Shown here: piece after piece, positions 33,058 through 41,535 of the stretch
Position numbering within the stretch: the stretch's first letter is position 1
How the letters are laid out: each line of letters starts with the position of its first letter
Assembly (NCBI GenBank): GCA_963745035.1
Contig: CAVUVW010000005.1
Coordinates: 180,882 to 244,881 of the forward strand
Origin: an uncultured delta proteobacterium
Lineage (GTDB): Bacteria; Desulfobacterota; Binatia; UBA9968
Direction of reading: 5' to 3'
Length of the DNA: 64,000 nt
Translations under genes and position numbers: made by a program
The notes under the pieces: generated by a model
What the model was told of the DNA's origin: nothing
What the model saw: the letters and a program-made list of their open reading frames with translations, nothing else
The model's database searches: none

Positions 33058-33125
33058 TGTTCAGATCGTTCAAGCTGTTCAAAACGTTCAACTCGTTTCA
33101 ATCGTTCGCTTTCAATCCTTCGAGC
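33058..33125. repeat. 9-bp-period GTTCAA repeat
   Basis: GTTCAR at 33059, 33068, 33077 and 33086. Confidence 0.75.
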
Positions 33126-33420
33126 TTTGATAAGCGGCGGTCTTGGGTTGTGGGCGGGGCCCTCTTTCTTTCGGCTTCACCAGGCGTCCGTGCGTGCCGT
33201 CGCAATAGGGGTGATCTTTGGAGCGCCAGCAGCGGCAGATCGCGATCGTCGTCGGCTCATTAAATTCCAGAACATGCGGCTGTATGTTTGTTCCTTCATG
33301 CGAACCATCGCAAAAAGGCGGGTTCTTTGTCCGGGTGCAGCGGCAATACGCCACGCTTTTCGAAACCTGTTTGACGATCGTCGGTTCGATCAGATCATCG
33401 TAGGACAGCGTCATTTCCAA
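33112..33420 (-). CDS. Tandem CDGSH iron-sulfur domain protein
   Basis: CRC..TKNPPFCDGSH and CRC..SKDHPYCDGTH. Confidence 0.92.
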   Translation of the reverse strand: MEMTLSYDDLIEPTIVKQVSKSVAYCRCTRTKNPPFCDGSHEGTNIQPHVLEFNEPTTIAICRCWRSKDHPYCDGTHGRLVKPKERGPRPQPKTAAYQSSKD

Positions 33421-33689
33421 CTCCTTTATAACCTACTGGTTACTAGGCCCAATTCGGTTCTTTGTCAATTGAGCGCCCCGCGCACCGTTCTCGAGCCATC
33501 AAAATGCGGCCAAGCTTTTGAGCCTTTCTAGTGGCAGAAGCCACACCTACTTTTCCTTTCCACCTGCGATCGAAAAGCTCGCGAATCCTACCGACCTTTA
33601 ACTGTGTCCACACGGTTCATTGCTCGCTAATCGATTTGGCGCGGACAGTTTTCAACTCCGTTTTCAGATACGTAAGATTACTTGAGGGC

Positions 33690-34376
33690 TTACCCTCTCG
33701 GTACCGTCCTTCCTCTCCCCGTCCAGCGGTAAACCAATAAATAAAATGACAGTAACGAATAATTATAGAAAAAATCTTCCAGGGGAATAGTAATGAAACG
33801 CGCGCCCCAGATCGCGTCAGGGTTGTATTGCACCACCGGAAGCGCCGTGAGGACGAAATTCACAATCAGAAATGGTACCAGACAGATGGTGAGCCAAATC
33901 CAGTAGTGGCGGCTTTCGAGCAGGGGCCGGTCGAAGTACAGCGCAACGAGCAGAAAGAGCGCGCACGAGCCCAAGGCTTTCGAGGTGTAGCCTTGGTCGA
34001 AGAAGAACAGACTGCCCGCCGCCAGGATGACGACCGCGGCAAAGACGACTCCTGCCGGCATCCTCAACGTGGTGTGTTTGCTCGTCGCCAAGATTGCTTC
34101 ATAAATAAACAAGCAGGAGTACGGGACCGTAATAAAAAAAAGAATCTCTTCCACGGGAAGGTTTACGACTTTGATTCCGCTGACATAATGCGGATTGAAG
34201 CTCCACTCGCCCCAGTCAGTGGCCATAATATCCCACGCGATGTACTGGCTACCGACTAAGATGATCGCGGCTCCCAGAGCGCGAAAATTGCGGTAGTAGG
34301 CGATTCGGCGATTACCTGTGGCGCAGAGCGGCCCCAAGATGATGCCGAGATTGATCCAAAGATAGGTCAGCAACAT
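33690..34376 (-). CDS. Lycopene cyclase, membrane CrtYc/d-type with two domains
   Basis: WD...W.FN...PVEEILFF and YN....G....IPLEDFFY duplicated motifs. Confidence 0.88.
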   Translation of the reverse strand: MLLTYLWINLGIILGPLCATGNRRIAYYRNFRALGAAIILVGSQYIAWDIMATDWGEWSFNPHYVSGIKVVNLPVEEILFFITVPYSCLFIYEAILATSKHTTLRMPAGVVFAAVVILAAGSLFFFDQGYTSKALGSCALFLLVALYFDRPLLESRHYWIWLTICLVPFLIVNFVLTALPVVQYNPDAIWGARFITIPLEDFFYNYSLLSFYLLVYRWTGRGRTVPRG

Positions 34377-34401
34377 TGGAGAATTCGCAAGTCGGATCGA
34401 G

Positions 34402-35916
34402 TTAAGCAAAAATTCCTTGCAGTGGCACGGAATAAATCGGTTCTTCCTGCAAACCCTGCTTGGCCACGATTGCGTTGGCACACAACAAGCCCGAGGTGAA
34501 CGCCGCTTCCATGAGCATCGCCGGCGTCGGGATCTTGACCCAATCGCCCGCCAGATAGAAATCGGCGACTTCCGTTTTGAATCCCGGCCGGTTCCGGTGC
34601 AAGCTCGTGTGAAAAGCCGTGAAGTCGCGCTTGACTTGCAAATGCTCGCGCAAGATGCGCGCTGTCTGGAGATCGGGAAAGTAGTCATAGAGCTCGGCCA
34701 AAAACGCGCTCTTCAATCTCTTCTCGTTTTCCATGCCGGGCGGCAGCGCGTAGCAGTGCAGCTCATAAACCCCCCCGCCGGTTTCTTTCGCCCACCGCAC
34801 CGCAGCTTTGTCAAATTGATGATAGAAAGTTACCGAGTCGAGCACATCGCGTTTCTCGGTGATGATAAAAACGGGTAGCTGCGGGCTCGTCTGCCGCTCC
34901 AGCCAGATCCGGTAGATCGCGTAACCGTCGGATGGCCGCAGCGAGGCGAGCTCCATGTGAGTTCTTTCCGAAGCGGATTTGATCCAAGGAGAATTGACGG
35001 CGATCTGCCGCGCGCCGACGACGTCGCAGGCTAGAATCAACGAGTCGAAGTCCCTGCCATCGACCTTGAAGCGGCCCTTTGCGTGCTCGGTATGGGTGAC
35101 GCTTTGATTGAGCTCGACGGCAACGTGATGCCGAGCCAGGTGACACCGCAGGGGTTCGATCAGCGCCTCGGCATAATCGGCGTCAAAGTATTCATAGAGC
35201 AGGCCGTGATCGTGGCTCAAATAGAAAAAATGAAAACTCTTCATGAGCTCGGCCGTGCTCAGCTTGTACGCCGGAGCAAAGAACGCCCGCGCGAAAGTAT
35301 GAAAAACGAGGCGGAGGGACGCGGGGAGACGAGCGCGATCGGCGAACTCGTCGAAACTGACGCCGTCGAAGTCGCCGAAGGTTTTCTCTTCGTCGTATTT
35401 GACGAAGTCGCCCATGCGCCAGCTCGCCGGGTTAAGCAGCACGTCGCGCATCCGGTAAAATCCGTTTCGGCCCAAAGAAATGATATTGAGCACTGGCGTA
35501 GTCGCGACATTCTTGAAGCTGAAGCGTTTACCGTCCTGGGTCAGGACCAGGTAATCATCGATCGTTTTTAGGTAGCGGCTAGCGCCGATCTTTTCGAGAA
35601 ACGCTCTAAGGTTGTAATAATGGCGAAAGAAAGCATGAAAGCCGTGGTCGACGTTTTCAACGCTTCCGTCCGGGAAACGCACCGGCCAGCAGCCCGTCTT
35701 GCCGCCCAGGTAGGAATTCTTTTCGAACAGCGTCACTTGGAAACCGCGCTCACCCAATAGAGCCGCCGCACCGAGGCCTGCGAGTCCACCTCCGATCACA
35801 GCGACTTTGTGAGAGCCGTGAAAATCCTTCGGCTTGCTCGGATCCACCGCATTGACGAGGGTAACGTAGCCGTCGAGGCGCTTCTTGATATATGGCCGCA
35901 GCAATCGTTCGAGCAT
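34402..35916 (-). CDS. CrtU-like FAD-dependent carotenoid ring desaturase/methyltransferase
   Basis: GGGLAG, GFHAFFRHYYNLR, VYELHCYAL and AGDWV..AMLMEAAFTSG resemble actinobacterial isorenieratene synthase; crt context. Confidence 0.75.
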   Translation of the reverse strand: MLERLLRPYIKKRLDGYVTLVNAVDPSKPKDFHGSHKVAVIGGGLAGLGAAALLGERGFQVTLFEKNSYLGGKTGCWPVRFPDGSVENVDHGFHAFFRHYYNLRAFLEKIGASRYLKTIDDYLVLTQDGKRFSFKNVATTPVLNIISLGRNGFYRMRDVLLNPASWRMGDFVKYDEEKTFGDFDGVSFDEFADRARLPASLRLVFHTFARAFFAPAYKLSTAELMKSFHFFYLSHDHGLLYEYFDADYAEALIEPLRCHLARHHVAVELNQSVTHTEHAKGRFKVDGRDFDSLILACDVVGARQIAVNSPWIKSASERTHMELASLRPSDGYAIYRIWLERQTSPQLPVFIITEKRDVLDSVTFYHQFDKAAVRWAKETGGGVYELHCYALPPGMENEKRLKSAFLAELYDYFPDLQTARILREHLQVKRDFTAFHTSLHRNRPGFKTEVADFYLAGDWVKIPTPAMLMEAAFTSGLLCANAIVAKQGLQEEPIYSVPLQGIFA

Positions 35917-35951
35917 GGCTCAGGAGAATAAATCGATGGCGCCGTCTCAGC

Positions 35952-37025
35952 TCACGCGGCATTTCCCGCTTGCCGCTGAATGAACTGCTGCACGCGGCGA
36001 ATCGTGCGGTTTACTTCGAAGGGCTCGCGCTCGGGATTCTCATCGAAGGCAGCCTGTTCTTCTTCGATCATCACAGTATCCTGGCGGATAAGATTCCGCA
36101 GGAGCCTGCGGGCGACGTTGTTTAGCGCGCGCTTGATCAGCCGGCGCACAGAGGGGGGAGCCTTCTGCAAAACTGCGAACTTTGCGAGAGAGGTGTAGTG
36201 GATCAAGTAGGCGTCTGTAAGACGCTCGTTGGCCGGACAGATCAGACAGAAAATTTTGAAGTCGTCGCCCAAAGTCGCGCGCCAGTTGGGATAATCGTAG
36301 GTCACCGTCAAAGGCGCGGCGTGGAGCTTGCGCAGCCATGGAATAAAGAGCTGCAGAACGGAACCGAGATCGGTTACGCGGTAGCACGTCGTGGCGTCGT
36401 ATTTCGCGGTTACCTGATCCTCCGTTTGCACGACTTCGCGCAACGCCTCAGCGGTCCACACCTGGTATCGGGCATGCAGGCGCCCGTGATACATGTCCAT
36501 GAGATTTTCCACCAGATAGGAGAAATGGGCGCGGCACGTCAGGCGGGCGACGCTGTGAATTTCGTTGAGATCATCCCACTCTTCCATCAACGTAGGCGCT
36601 ACACTCTCAGACCGGGCTGGATCCCCAGGGTAAATCCAGATAAAGCCGTATTTCTCGATGACCGGAAAGGATCTGACGCCACAGTCCGGCAATGTCGGTT
36701 TTGACGCCAAATGCGGAATATGAACGCAGCGTCCCCGAGGATCGAAGCGCCAACCGTGGTAGGCGCATTCCACGCTGCCATCGACGATCCGCCCGTGACT
36801 CAGCCGCACCAAGCGATGCGCGCAGCTGTCTTCGATCGCGCGTATGGTGCCATCGATGCGAAATAGCACGACGCGCGTTTTCCAGATTTCGCGCCCGACC
36901 AAGCGGTCTCCGATCTCAGAAGACTTCGCGATCATGTACCAACGATCAGGATTTATCCGGGCGCGTCGCAGACGACTGCTCGCGGAGTCCTGGCGCATAG
37001 GGCCTAGCGCATCTTCGAGTTTCAT
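35952..37025 (-). CDS. Rieske non-heme iron oxygenase
   Basis: CAHR...CAYHGW Rieske site; ENLMDMYHGRLH mononuclear Fe site; C-terminal QD. Confidence 0.92.
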   Translation of the reverse strand: MKLEDALGPMRQDSASSRLRRARINPDRWYMIAKSSEIGDRLVGREIWKTRVVLFRIDGTIRAIEDSCAHRLVRLSHGRIVDGSVECAYHGWRFDPRGRCVHIPHLASKPTLPDCGVRSFPVIEKYGFIWIYPGDPARSESVAPTLMEEWDDLNEIHSVARLTCRAHFSYLVENLMDMYHGRLHARYQVWTAEALREVVQTEDQVTAKYDATTCYRVTDLGSVLQLFIPWLRKLHAAPLTVTYDYPNWRATLGDDFKIFCLICPANERLTDAYLIHYTSLAKFAVLQKAPPSVRRLIKRALNNVARRLLRNLIRQDTVMIEEEQAAFDENPEREPFEVNRTIRRVQQFIQRQAGNAA

Positions 37026-37172
37026 AGGTGTCCGGATTGCCTTGCTGATCGCGCGTTGCCGAGAATCTTCAAATGTCGCCCTACCAACTGCTTTGGAGCG
37101 CGGCGTCCGCAAGCTGCCATGATTTGTCTCATTTCCTGCTAGCAGATTTCGGGATCTTGTTCTAACCGGTTC

Positions 37173-38102
37173 TCAGAGTTGCGCTGAATTGGGCGTAGGC
37201 TGCTTGCGGCCGACCGAGCGAAGAATGGGCAGCGATTTCATGATTTTTAAGACGGAGCGTTCCTTGTCCTTGACTTCGAGCATGACGTCGATATCGAGAT
37301 CTTTTATCTGACGATAGAAATCGTGGAATTTCTCCACACTTATCGACTTGGAGTGAGTGCCCGCGGGCTGCCCGGGCCACTGGTTGGAATAGTGGATTTT
37401 TACCCGCCCATCGCGCCTGCGCCAGGTCGCCGCGCTACGCTTGATGATCGCGCGCAATGAGTCTGAACGGAGCGCCGGATTCCAGCGGTGATGAAACACA
37501 TCGAACACGACGGGAACTCCGATGGCTTGTGAGGCGCTGAGCGTATCAGTGACTGTGTAGCAATGCTCGTCGTTTTCGATCACGAGCCTGGCCTTGATGC
37601 GGTCATCGAGCTCCGCGGCATTTTGGATGAACCTTTTTAGACTTTCCGTCTTGTCGCCGTAGATGCCGCCCAAGTGGATAACGGTTTTGTGCGTATCATC
37701 GATTTCCAAGGCATCGAGAAATGTGGTGTGGTAGGCGAGCTCTCTGACGCTGTTTTCCACGACTTCGCGCCGGGGTGAATTGAGGACGGTGAACTGCCCG
37801 GGATGCATCGAGACGCGCAGTCGGTTTGCGCGTATGTAGCTGCCGATGCGCTCGAGCTCAGCTCGCAATATCGTCGGCCAAGGGACCTTGTTGATCTGAT
37901 GGGAGGCGAACGGAACCACGTCCGAAGTGATGCGAAATAGCTCGATGCCGTGCGTCACATTCCATTCCAAAATCCGTTGCAGCGCGGCGAGGTTGGAAGT
38001 GGCCAACTCGAGAATCTTTTCCGAGGTCGCGTTCCTTAATCGACAAGTCCGATTCGGCGAAATCAATCGGCTGTTAATGCAGGCGTAACCAATGCGAATC
38101 AA
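37173..38102 (-). CDS. uvsE: UV DNA damage repair endonuclease
   Basis: RIGYAC, FRITS, SMHPGQFTVLNS, IHLGG, IENDE, FDVFHH, MLEVKDKE. Confidence 0.95.
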   Translation of the reverse strand: MIRIGYACINSRLISPNRTCRLRNATSEKILELATSNLAALQRILEWNVTHGIELFRITSDVVPFASHQINKVPWPTILRAELERIGSYIRANRLRVSMHPGQFTVLNSPRREVVENSVRELAYHTTFLDALEIDDTHKTVIHLGGIYGDKTESLKRFIQNAAELDDRIKARLVIENDEHCYTVTDTLSASQAIGVPVVFDVFHHRWNPALRSDSLRAIIKRSAATWRRRDGRVKIHYSNQWPGQPAGTHSKSISVEKFHDFYRQIKDLDIDVMLEVKDKERSVLKIMKSLPILRSVGRKQPTPNSAQL

Positions 38103-38116
38103 TGCTAATGCTCCCT

Positions 38117-38617
38117 TCAGTGCCCGAAGCGATCGTTTAAAATGGATTCATGCCACACTTCGGATGAAGCGTCGGGCGTGAAAAGTTTTTGCAGCGCAGC
38201 GCGACGGTGAGCAAAAATTTTCGCCAGATCCGGCGCGACGAGAAGCTTGTGAATCAAACCACCTCCCGGGACCGCGTACTCTACGTCATCCCGGACGATC
38301 GTACCGCCGTCGCCATTGACGAAAGTGTGCTCGTGCACCCAAAGCGAGTAGGGACCTTTGATCTGGCGGTCGACGAAGCGGAGGGGCGGCTCCCATACCG
38401 CGATCTCGCTTTGCCAGCGGAGCGGAATCCCGCGCAGCCTGAGACGATAATCGAGTAAAGTTCCGCGGCTCATTTTAGTCTCGAACGAAGTGAGAATTTC
38501 AAAACGCAGCCAGGCCGGTGTGATGCGCTCGAGATTTTTTGGATCGGCGAAAAACTCAAACACTTGTTCGCGCGGTCGGGGCAGCCACAGTTCGGACTTG
38601 AGATGATGGGTTTTCAT
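38117..38617 (-). CDS. SRPBCC family protein
   Basis: VFEFF..NL..ITP, FVDRQIKGPY..WVHEH.F. Confidence 0.9.
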   Translation of the reverse strand: MKTHHLKSELWLPRPREQVFEFFADPKNLERITPAWLRFEILTSFETKMSRGTLLDYRLRLRGIPLRWQSEIAVWEPPLRFVDRQIKGPYSLWVHEHTFVNGDGGTIVRDDVEYAVPGGGLIHKLLVAPDLAKIFAHRRAALQKLFTPDASSEVWHESILNDRFGH

Positions 38618-38631
38618 TTCGATTCGTTGTT

Positions 38632-39594
38632 TCAGACGTAGTTGCGCGGTATCAGCTCCTTCGGGGCTGGATCCAGATACATCTGATCGGCGAGATACGC
38701 GACCTCGTATTTTTTTACATAATGTTGCATCAACGTGATCGGCGCGATTAGCGGCAGGAGTCCGGTGCGAAACTCGCGGATCAATTCCACCAACTCACGT
38801 CGCTCGGCCGCCGATAGCTCTTCGGAAAAGTAGCCCATGAGATGATCCAACACGTTGGCGTGCTTCTTGGCGCTTGCGCGAACGGCCAGGCCCTCCATAA
38901 AATTTTGCCCGTATTCTTCGTACGTGGCACGCAACGAGTTCTTTCCAATTCCTGCGACCAGACGGCCCAGCCGCCGGTAGTGGCGCTCGCTATGCGCCAG
39001 CAGGAGAAACTTATGGCGGGTGTGAAAGTCGACGAGAACACGGGCCGATTTCGCTCCCGCCAGAGCGCTTTGCCAGCGATGGTAGGCGAACACTCTTTCG
39101 ACAAAGTTTTCCCGCAGCGCCAAATCGTTCAATCGGCCTTCTTCTTCGACCGGCAAAAGTGGTAGGGTTTTCATTACGGTGGCGGCAAAGATCCCGCGAC
39201 CGTGGCGGCTCGGCATGTTCTTGGCGTCATAAAGGCGCACGCGCTCGATGCCGCAACTCGGCGAGTTTTTTTTGAATACGTAGCCGGATAGTTTCAGCTC
39301 GGCCAGGTCTTTAGTTCGGATTGCGGCGAATCGCTTCATTGCCATGGTCCAATCCTTACCCGAACGCTCGGCGATCATTTTCGGATCGCTCCCCGATCCG
39401 ACCAGGCGCACGCTCTCACGCGGCACGCCCATACCCACTTCGATCTCCGGACAGACCGGAACCCACTCGACAAAACGGCCGAGAGTTTGACACAGGAAGG
39501 CGTCCTGTTTATGCCCGCCATCGAAGCGAACTTTTTCCCCTAATAGGCAGGCGCTGATTCCCAGGCGCGGCGAAACACTAAAGTTATTTTTCAT
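38632..39594 (-). CDS. DUF523/DUF1722 (YbgA-like) protein
   Basis: GISACLLGEKVRFDGGH, VCPE, KKNSPSCG, EEEGRL, FH..HK..LLAH. Confidence 0.92.
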   Translation of the reverse strand: MKNNFSVSPRLGISACLLGEKVRFDGGHKQDAFLCQTLGRFVEWVPVCPEIEVGMGVPRESVRLVGSGSDPKMIAERSGKDWTMAMKRFAAIRTKDLAELKLSGYVFKKNSPSCGIERVRLYDAKNMPSRHGRGIFAATVMKTLPLLPVEEEGRLNDLALRENFVERVFAYHRWQSALAGAKSARVLVDFHTRHKFLLLAHSERHYRRLGRLVAGIGKNSLRATYEEYGQNFMEGLAVRASAKKHANVLDHLMGYFSEELSAAERRELVELIREFRTGLLPLIAPITLMQHYVKKYEVAYLADQMYLDPAPKELIPRNYV

Positions 39595-39672
39595 CTGGTG
39601 TTTACTATTTAAAACATTACTGGTAATAAAGTCAATTATACTTAACTTTCAAATGCGCATTTGGGAAGTTAG
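39595..39672. promoter_or_regulatory. AT-rich divergent promoter/operator region
   Basis: 78-bp gap; palindromes ATTAC-TG-GTAAT (39616-27) and CAAATGCGCATTTG (39650-63); TATACT on + at 39637; TTGACT on - at 39635-30. Confidence 0.7.
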
Positions 39673-40578
39673 ATGAAAATTATCGTCACGGGTGGCACTG
39701 GCTTTATCGGATCCAAATTGGTCGACCGCCTGTGGAATCAATTTCACTCGTTGGTTCTTCTCAGCCGCAAGCCGCCGGCAGAGGTGGGCGTCACCAAGAA
39801 GCAATGGTTTGCCTGGAATCCACCGCAAGGTGGTGAGTGGGAAAGAGCGGTTGACGGCGCCGACGGCATCATCAACCTTGCCGGCGAGCCGATCGCCGGC
39901 AAGCGCTGGAGCAAAGAGCAGAAAGAAAGACTGCGCGCAAGCCGCATCGATGCCACCCGCGCGCTCGTCAGCGCCATCGCGAAGGCGCAGGTCAAGCCCA
40001 AGTTCCTGCTGAACGCCTCAGCGGTCGGCTATTACGGCGCGCATGGCGATGAGACGCTGACCGAGGCCAGCCCGCCGGGCAGCGATTTTTTGTCCCGGCT
40101 ATGCGTGGACTGGGAGGCGGAGGCGCGGAAGGCTGAAAACCACGGGCTGAGAGTCGCGACCGTTCGAACCGGCATCGTTCTCGGCAAAGGACAGGGCGCG
40201 CTCGCCAAAATGGTTCCGCCGTTCAAGATGTTTGCGGGCGGACCGTTGGGCTCCGGCAAACAATACATGCCGTGGATTCATATCGAAGATGAGATCGGCT
40301 TGCTGCTGTTTCTCAGCGAGAATGAACAGGCCCGCGGCGCGTTCAATGCGACCGCGCCGAATCCGGTCACCATGGAGGAGTTTGCCAAGGCTTTGGGCGC
40401 AGTCTTGAACCGCCCGTCGTGGGTCTCCGTGCCGCCGTCGGCGCTGGCGCTCATCGCCGGTGAGATGGCCGATATGCTGCTCACCGGACAACGCGCCTTG
40501 CCCGATGCGGCGACCCAGCTCGGTTATGTTTTCACATACTCGACGATCGGCGCCGCCTTGCAGTCACTGCGCCTTTGA
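39673..40578 (+). CDS. TIGR01777 family NAD-dependent epimerase-like protein
   Basis: TGGTGFIG, INLAGEPI..RW, SAVGYYG, WIHIED, NATAP. Confidence 0.93.
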   Translation: MKIIVTGGTGFIGSKLVDRLWNQFHSLVLLSRKPPAEVGVTKKQWFAWNPPQGGEWERAVDGADGIINLAGEPIAGKRWSKEQKERLRASRIDATRALVSAIAKAQVKPKFLLNASAVGYYGAHGDETLTEASPPGSDFLSRLCVDWEAEARKAENHGLRVATVRTGIVLGKGQGALAKMVPPFKMFAGGPLGSGKQYMPWIHIEDEIGLLLFLSENEQARGAFNATAPNPVTMEEFAKALGAVLNRPSWVSVPPSALALIAGEMADMLLTGQRALPDAATQLGYVFTYSTIGAALQSLRL

Positions 40579-40592
40579 TTTCGTGACAATCG

Positions 40593-41525
40593 ATGAATGA
40601 AATTCGACCACTCAGAAACCGCGCCGAACGCAAAATTAATTCGCAAGCTTGGCAGGGCGAATATGCGCGCGCGCTCAGCGCGGGTGACGCGGAAGCCGCC
40701 AACCGGGTAATCGAAGACTTGTTGGCGCAGCGCTGTTCTCTTAGTGACATCTACTTGCAGGTGATCACCCCGTCGCTCGTCAGTATCGGCGATTTATGGT
40801 GCCGCAAGGACATCACCATCGCGGAGGAGCATCTGGCGACGCAGTTGGTTTTGCATCACTTGGATCGGCTGATCTCGACGTTTGCGTGGCGCGATCGATT
40901 ATCTTCTTACCGAATCTTGGTGGGCTGCGTCGAAGGCGAGCGCCACTGGATCGGCGCGCGCATGTTCGCGGATCTCTGTCTCAGCCACGGCTGGTCGGCG
41001 GAATTTCTCGGCCCGGACGTTCCGAACGATGCGCTGATTGACATGGTCAGCAAACGCAGCCCGCAAGTGGTGGCGCTATCGGCGACCATGCTGGTGGGCG
41101 CCGAGCAGGCGCAAGCGCTGGCACGAGCGCTGGCGACCCTGCCAAGCCCGCCGCGCGTCATCCTCGGCGGGCAGGCGATCACGGACAGCGCGATGGCGCA
41201 GTCGTTTGGTTCTGGCTGCGCGATTGCACGCGACGCGATCGAGGGCCTGGAACATGCTCTTCAATTTCTTCGCAAGCATCGTCCAAAAGTTGTTCTCAAA
41301 GAGTATCTATTGGCGCTCGGCCGCCGCGTTCGTGATCTGCGTTTAAAAAAAGGCTGGACCCAGGAGCAGCTCGCTGAAGGAGCGCGGGTGACGCGAGTCT
41401 GCATCGTGGCGGTCGAGGGCGGCAAGCAGAATGTCTCGATGGATATTGTCGTTCGGCTGGCCAATGCTCTGGGAGTGTCGCCGCAAGCTCTTTTGAACGA
41501 CGGCGGCGGGACGGATCAAGTTTAG
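40593..41525 (+). CDS. Cobalamin-binding (CarH-type) transcriptional regulator with C-terminal XRE HTH
   Basis: W69-x9-E79H80 cap motif; E116-x-H118-x2-G; VVALSAT; VILGG; then LGRRVRDLRLKKGWTQEQLA...VEGGKQNVS...LANALGV. Confidence 0.88.
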   Translation: MNEIRPLRNRAERKINSQAWQGEYARALSAGDAEAANRVIEDLLAQRCSLSDIYLQVITPSLVSIGDLWCRKDITIAEEHLATQLVLHHLDRLISTFAWRDRLSSYRILVGCVEGERHWIGARMFADLCLSHGWSAEFLGPDVPNDALIDMVSKRSPQVVALSATMLVGAEQAQALARALATLPSPPRVILGGQAITDSAMAQSFGSGCAIARDAIEGLEHALQFLRKHRPKVVLKEYLLALGRRVRDLRLKKGWTQEQLAEGARVTRVCIVAVEGGKQNVSMDIVVRLANALGVSPQALLNDGGGTDQV

Positions 41526-41535
41526 GGAGAAGCAA

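Noticed and set aside
5286-33125. Intergenic tandem repeats as CRISPR arrays
   Set aside because: Units are 7-9 bp with no unique spacers, and no cas genes are present
33431-33471. CTACTGGTTA upstream of the CDGSH gene resembling TTACTGGTAA at 39617
   Set aside because: Short 8/10 match that loses the palindrome; could be chance
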